Assembly: GCA_047495785.1 (NCBI GenBank)
Contig: JBLDXI010000024.1
Coordinates: forward strand, 3,968,001-4,032,000
From: Lepidodermella squamata
Lineage: Eukaryota; Animalia; Gastrotricha
Length of the DNA stretch: 64,000 bases
Reading direction: 5' to 3'
Position numbers and translations under genes: made by a program. Below are positions 59,168 to 64,000 of the stretch, in pieces. The notes under the pieces are model-generated. The model worked only from the letters and a program-made list of their open reading frames with translations, was not told the DNA's origin and did not search any database. Position 1 is the first letter of the stretch; the number at the start of each line of letters is the position of its first letter.

Positions 59168-61634
59168 ATGCAGTCTGTTTATCGCCGATTTGCGAGTACT
59201 CTTCCGCGGCAAAGTTCCAATGCTAATACTTGGAAAAATTTGGCTCCCAAGGTGAAGAATTTTGTGGAGGAAAGTGCTAGAATTTGCGGCCCTCGAGACA
59301 TACACGTTTGTAACGGCTCTGAAGAAGAAAGGAAGTTACTAATTGACCAGATGTTAGCTACTGGAATGGTGAAAAAGGTGATTAAAACAAATTGATAAAA
59401 CAGGCAAATATGTAATATTAAAATTTCCAGGTCCCGAAGCTTGATAATTGCTACTTAGCAAGAACAGATCCGAGAGATGTAGCCAGAGTCGAGTCGAAAA
59501 CTGTTATCGCAACTAAAAAGAAGGAAGATACAGTCCCTACCCCGAAAAATGGAGTGAAAGGCGAACTTGGTATCTGGATGTCGCCTGATGAATTGGACCG
59601 GCAGTGTAAACAACGTTTTCCTAATTCAATGGCCGGTCGTACCATGTAAATTTATGAAATGAATAAATCGTTGAAAGACGAATTTTATTTCGTAAAGGTA
59701 CGTGATACCGTATTCGATGGGACCGGTCGGTTCGCCCCTATCGAAGATCGGCATTGAACTGACTGATTCGCCGTACGTAGTCGCTTCAATGCGAATTATG
59801 ACGCGAATCGGCGATAATGTGTTGGAAGCCCTTCGTAATGACGATTTCGTTCGGTGTCTTCACTCAGTCGGCCGCCCGCTGCCGCTGACTGAGAATCTTG
59901 TGTCTAACTGGCCTTGCAATCCTGAGCAAACGCTGATTTCTCACATTCCTGATCGCATGGAGATACGTTCGTTCGGATCGGGTTATGGAGGAAATTCTCT
60001 TCTAGGCAAAAAATGCTTTGCCCTTCGATTGGGGTCTGTGATCGCAAAACAAGAAGGATGGCTGGCAGGTAAATTTTCAATCCGGCTTAAAATATTAATT
60101 TCTGATCACTTGGAGGGCTGGGATCGTACATTTATAAATTTGTTATAAAAAAAACTTTTTTTTTTGCACGCATTTGGGTTTTATAGAGCTGATGAGACTG
60201 ATAAGACTGATAATACTGTTAGTGATTAATATATAAAATATACCAAGTTTTCTTATAACAAATTTATTAACGTACGATCACAGCCCCCTTAATCTCACTT
60301 GAAAAGTTTGTCTGCAAATTCGGGTTTTTTCATTTGATTTTAATTGTTTTTGAAGGCTCAATTTCGGTCTTAAAATTCTCATTCTGGCTGTAGTTTTTCG
60401 ATAAGCCAGAATTAAATTAAATCAATATTTTAGTTGAGATTGACGTGTTATACTCGTTTTTTATTTTATGCGATATTTTTTATTCTAGAGCACATGCTAA
60501 TCTTGGGCATAACGAATCCGAAAGGCGTTAAACGATACGTCGCAGCTGCTTTTCCATCCGCTTGCGGCAAAACGAATCTCGCAATGCTGACCCCAACCCT
60601 GCCCGGCTATAAAGTCGAATGTGTCGGCGACGATATCGCCTGGATGCGATTCGACCGTCAAACCGGCGAGTTGCGGGCGATCAATCCGGAGGCCGGGTTT
60701 TTCGGAGTCGCCCCTGGTACTTCGACCGAAACTAACCCGAACGCGTTGGAAGTCACTCGCCACAACACTTTGTTCACTAACGTCGCCGAAACAAGTGATG
60801 GCGAGGTTTGGTGGGAGGGCAAGACTAGAAACCCGCCGACCGGGGTTAAAATCACCGACTGGCTTGGTAAGGAATGGACCCCGGCTTCTAAAACACCCGC
60901 CGCTCATCCTAATTCGCGATTTTGCACCCCGGCCAGTCAGTGCCGAATTATCGACCCGAAATGGGAAGACCCGGCTGGTGTCCCGATTTCGGCCATTCTT
61001 TTCGGCGGCCGACGACCTGAGGGTATTCCGCTGGTCTATGAAGCGCTGAACTGGCAACACGGTGTTTTCGTGGGTGCCTGTATGAAGTCTGAGGTGACAG
61101 CGGCGGCGCAAGATGTCAAGGCGAAAGAAATTCGACACGATCCTTTCGCAATGAAACCGTTTTTCGGCTACAATTTCGGCAAATATGTCGATCACTGGCT
61201 TTCGATGGAACAGCCAGGTAAGCAAAAACATATATTTTAAGGAGGATTTTTTATTTCATTTTTTTCTAGGCCGTAAAATGCCGAAGGTATTTCATGTCAA
61301 TTGGTTCCGAAAAGACCCAAAAACCGGCGCGTTCTTATGGCCGGGCTATGGTGAAAATTCCCGAGTTATGGACTGGGTTTTGCGTAGAATTGATGGCGAA
61401 GACATTGCCCGACCCTCTCCTATCGGCAATCTACCCATCCCTGGCTCGATAAATACCAACGGCTTGAACCAGCGCGTCGATTTCGACGAATTATTCCGCT
61501 TGCCAAAAGATTTTTGGCTGAAAGAAGCCGCCGATATCGAGAGCTACATGCGAAACCAGGCGGAAAGCGACCTTCCGGCCGCGTTTTGGACGCAACTTGA
61601 CTCTCTAAAACGTCGCATTGCCAACGAAATGTGA
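59168..61634 (+). CDS. PCK2: Phosphoenolpyruvate carboxykinase [GTP], probably mitochondrial; exons 59168-59377, 59431-59645, 59698-60068, 60489-61217, 61270-61634
   Basis: [52 protein letters not shown]; leader [11 protein letters not shown] is presequence-like. Confidence 0.93.
60113..60288. mobile_element. About 176-bp MITE in a PEPCK intron (PIF/Harbinger-like ends)
   Basis: About 36-nt imperfect TIR gagggctgggatcgtacatttataaatttgttataa vs ttataacaaatttattaacgtacgatcacagccccc; internal ACTGATA(A/G) repeats. Confidence 0.75.
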
Positions 61635-61791
61635 AAACCGTGTTTATTTATAGCGTCGTCTTGTTAAAACAGCGTCTGAAATCTCGACGTCTGCGGAATT
61701 GAGCGCGCTTTGTCTTAAGCGTGCTGTAAAATGCAATTAGACCGCTAGAAATGCCGGATTTACTACCACTACTTTATTTGTTTTGTCTCTT

Positions 61792-61830
61792 TGAATGAAT
61801 GAAAGAATGATGAATGAATGAATGAATGAA
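61792..61830 (+). repeat. (GAAT)n microsatellite
   Basis: tgaatgaatgaaagaatgatgaatgaatgaatgaatgaa. Confidence 0.8.
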
Positions 61831-62716
61831 CATTTTGCTGAAACTACTTATAGTCGTGTTTTACAAACACAAACTGGCGCCGCTCTTTTTTCATAGTTTG
61901 ACTGATACCTTTTGCGGCTAGATCTGGTCCGGTATGTTGAGTACAAACAGAATATGCAACGCCTCGAGGCTTTTTTAGTAATGCTCACATTCAATTTTCG
62001 CGGTCGCGTGCAATCTAAAACCGCATTATTTCTCTTATTTAGTGATCACTGGTTTTTTCAAAAATAGTAAACTTACCTCTTGTATCTTCTTGCCTTGGGC
62101 TGAAATCTCTGAACAATGCGTTGTGAATCGAAAAATTGTGAAAAGATTTATTTATCTACTACTAACCTTTTTTATTGTGATGATGACCACATTTTTGTGG
62201 AAGGGATTAGCATTTTTTGGTGAAAGATAACTATGTACCAACCACTAACAATCCGGTTTGAGATCAGTGCAATTCCAATTCATCTGTGTATAAAATGCGC
62301 GTTTTCAGATGAAAATTTCATATTTTTTATTTTGCAATTACTAGGATCATTTTTTTTACATGGCGCTATTCCGCCTGAATTTGATACCTTGCATTTGAAG
62401 GAAGCAACTTTATAAATTCAGGTGAGGCCTTTTTTATTTTTTTCTACCGCTTAAATGCTTACTAGGAGGCATTTCTTGTCTACATTAACACATTTTTTGA
62501 ATATAATTCGAAAAATGGATGGCAGAAAAAGTTAAAAGTAGCTAAATATTCCTCCTTAAAAAATTTTAATATTTTTTATCTGCTATGAATTTGACGGAAA
62601 AGGATAAAGAAATTTGGAAATCGCTCGTTTCAATGAGAAATACGCCTTCGGATTAATTTCATAAAAAGATTCCGGTTTTCGCACTGTTTCTTTCCTAATT
62701 TTTGTCTTTTTTTAAG

Positions 62717-64000
62717 ATGGATGACCATGCCTTATCGATCAGCGTTGAGCAGTTGCAGCAAGTTCGTCGCGAACAGCGCGATCACTTGATGTCCCTCCCC
62801 CAACGGCGCAAACTCGCAAAACTCGCGTCCTGCCGACACTGCGACGTAACCGGATGCCGCTGCCCCGGTTGGATCCCGGCCTCAGCTGACTCAGTCCAAG
62901 ACTCTGAGGTCGAAAGCCGCGCCTCATCAAGCGATGTCTCCGTTCAACAGAACTGTAAAACGTGTCATCACGAGCTAGACGACCACGGCTGTTCAGATTT
63001 AACCGACAAAAATCAAGACGCAATTTTCGGACTGGTCTGCCTGAGTCAAGACGTTGTCTCCCTGTACAGCTCCGTTCAAAATCAAACCGACCCAGATGCG
63101 AAACAAATTTATTTCTACGTCTACAAGCAACTTCGGCGTTGTTTAGACACCCTAACCCTACCTAGTCAGCCGATTTTCAAACCAAGCCCGCCCTTCGAAC
63201 AAGCGCCATCGATTTGCCGGCTACTCGCGAATTTCGTCGTGTATCACGGTATGGAAGACGGCCAACAACTAGCCGCGTTATTCCTCGACGTTTTCGACGT
63301 GTGGCAAATCCCGTTTCCCGGCCAGTTAGTCGCGAAATTGAACTCAAAAGAATTGAAGGAGTACTATGAAGAATGCGTCCTCGACAACACCGAGCTGCTG
63401 AGTTACTACCGAACTTTCTACAGCCAGTGGTTGTGTCACTGTCGAATTCCGGCGATTTCAGCCCGGCTGAGCCTACCATGCTGGCGGGCGACGTCCGTTT
63501 TCGGTCAGAAATTACTGCGAGCTGTTTTCCCGTTATTTCGAGAAGACCTCATCGCGCAATGCAAGGCTGAAAAATCGCAGCGAGATTTGGTCGCGAAACT
63601 AGTCAAATTCCTCAACCTCATGCAGTCCGACTTCCAATCGGCGAAAAATGACGACGATTGCGAGTGGTTCTCCGCCAATTACAGTTTGAACGGTTTCAAC
63701 CCGAAATTTCTACAAAGCCCGGCCTTGATCGACTCGGGTGTGCAGGTCCAACAGCCGCAAATCGATGAGAAAAAGCCACAAGTCACGGGGCGGAAGCGAC
63801 GTGGCTCAACTTCCGGCTATCAATCCGGCGCTGGGAAGCACTCGAAACACGACCATGAACCTGATTCTCACGTACCGGGTGATGTCCCATCGAAAGTTTT
63901 GACCGAAATTCTGAAAGAAAACCCGTTGCTAAGCGCGCCTCAAACGCCTCATTCGTTGAATCCGCACTTATTGGCTATTGCCTTGCGTGATGAGAGGGCC
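62717..64000 (+). CDS. KAT2: Histone acetyltransferase GCN5/PCAF, N-terminal (PCAF_N) part; 3'-partial
   Basis: Frame read by eye to the window end (absent from the ORF track): LPQRRKLAKLASCRHC..CRCPGW, CKTCHHELDDH, DAKQIYFYVYKQLRRC, PPFE..SI, QWLCHCRIP, TSVFGQKLLRAVF. Confidence 0.88.
   Translation, partial: MDDHALSISVEQLQQVRREQRDHLMSLPQRRKLAKLASCRHCDVTGCRCPGWIPASADSVQDSEVESRASSSDVSVQQNCKTCHHELDDHGCSDLTDKNQDAIFGLVCLSQDVVSLYSSVQNQTDPDAKQIYFYVYKQLRRCLDTLTLPSQPIFKPSPPFEQAPSICRLLANFVVYHGMEDGQQLAALFLDVFDVWQIPFPGQLVAKLNSKELKEYYEECVLDNTELLSYYRTFYSQWLCHCRIPAISARLSLPCWRATSVFGQKLLRAVFPLFREDLIAQCKAEKSQRDLVAKLVKFLNLMQSDFQSAKNDDDCEWFSANYSLNGFNPKFLQSPALIDSGVQVQQPQIDEKKPQVTGRKRRGSTSGYQSGAGKHSKHDHEPDSHVPGDVPSKVLTEILKENPLLSAPQTPHSLNPHLLAIALRDERA

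Noticed and set aside
60497-61231. 244-aa antisense ORF, and similar ones within PRPF18, VWA3A, GARS1 and KAT2
   Set aside because: Shadow frames of GC-richer coding exons on the opposite strand.

Overview
Gene-dense stretch of a compact invertebrate (metazoan) genome with GT-AG introns mostly ~50-60 nt and motile-cilia genes. Left to right: IQCA1/DRC11 (-, partial), an F-box/ankyrin gene, CCNQ, PRPF18 (intron filled with hAT, LINE and pogo debris), a 3-exon orphan, a divergent Cys-loop channel, a Myb/SANT gene, an IHO1-like coiled-coil gene, a C3orf84-like HDNR gene, TBC1D30, PEX11, CTU1, CLUAP1, VWA3A, two more Cys-loop paralogs, GARS1, PRPF4B, GTP-PEPCK and the 5' part of KAT2/GCN5. The VWA3A introns and 3' flank hold 9 tRNA genes, 6 U5 snRNA genes plus a pseudogene, and two nested antisense genes (an orphan and an intronless class C GPCR). 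Most notable: (i) co-oriented gene runs with 51-164 nt stop-to-start spacers and unpaired splice acceptors before the ATG, i.e. candidate trans-spliced operons; (ii) three intact, atypical Cys-loop receptors (C-x14-C loop, no vicinal Cys, minimal M3-M4 loop), two co-duplicated with a U5 gene; (iii) U5 variants with a GAUUUCUUGG Sm site, an extra cUUCGg mini-hairpin and a compact promoter; (iv) two frame-preserving cryptic exons in an IQCA1 intron. All gene models were read by eye from splice sites and reading frames; no database searches were run.
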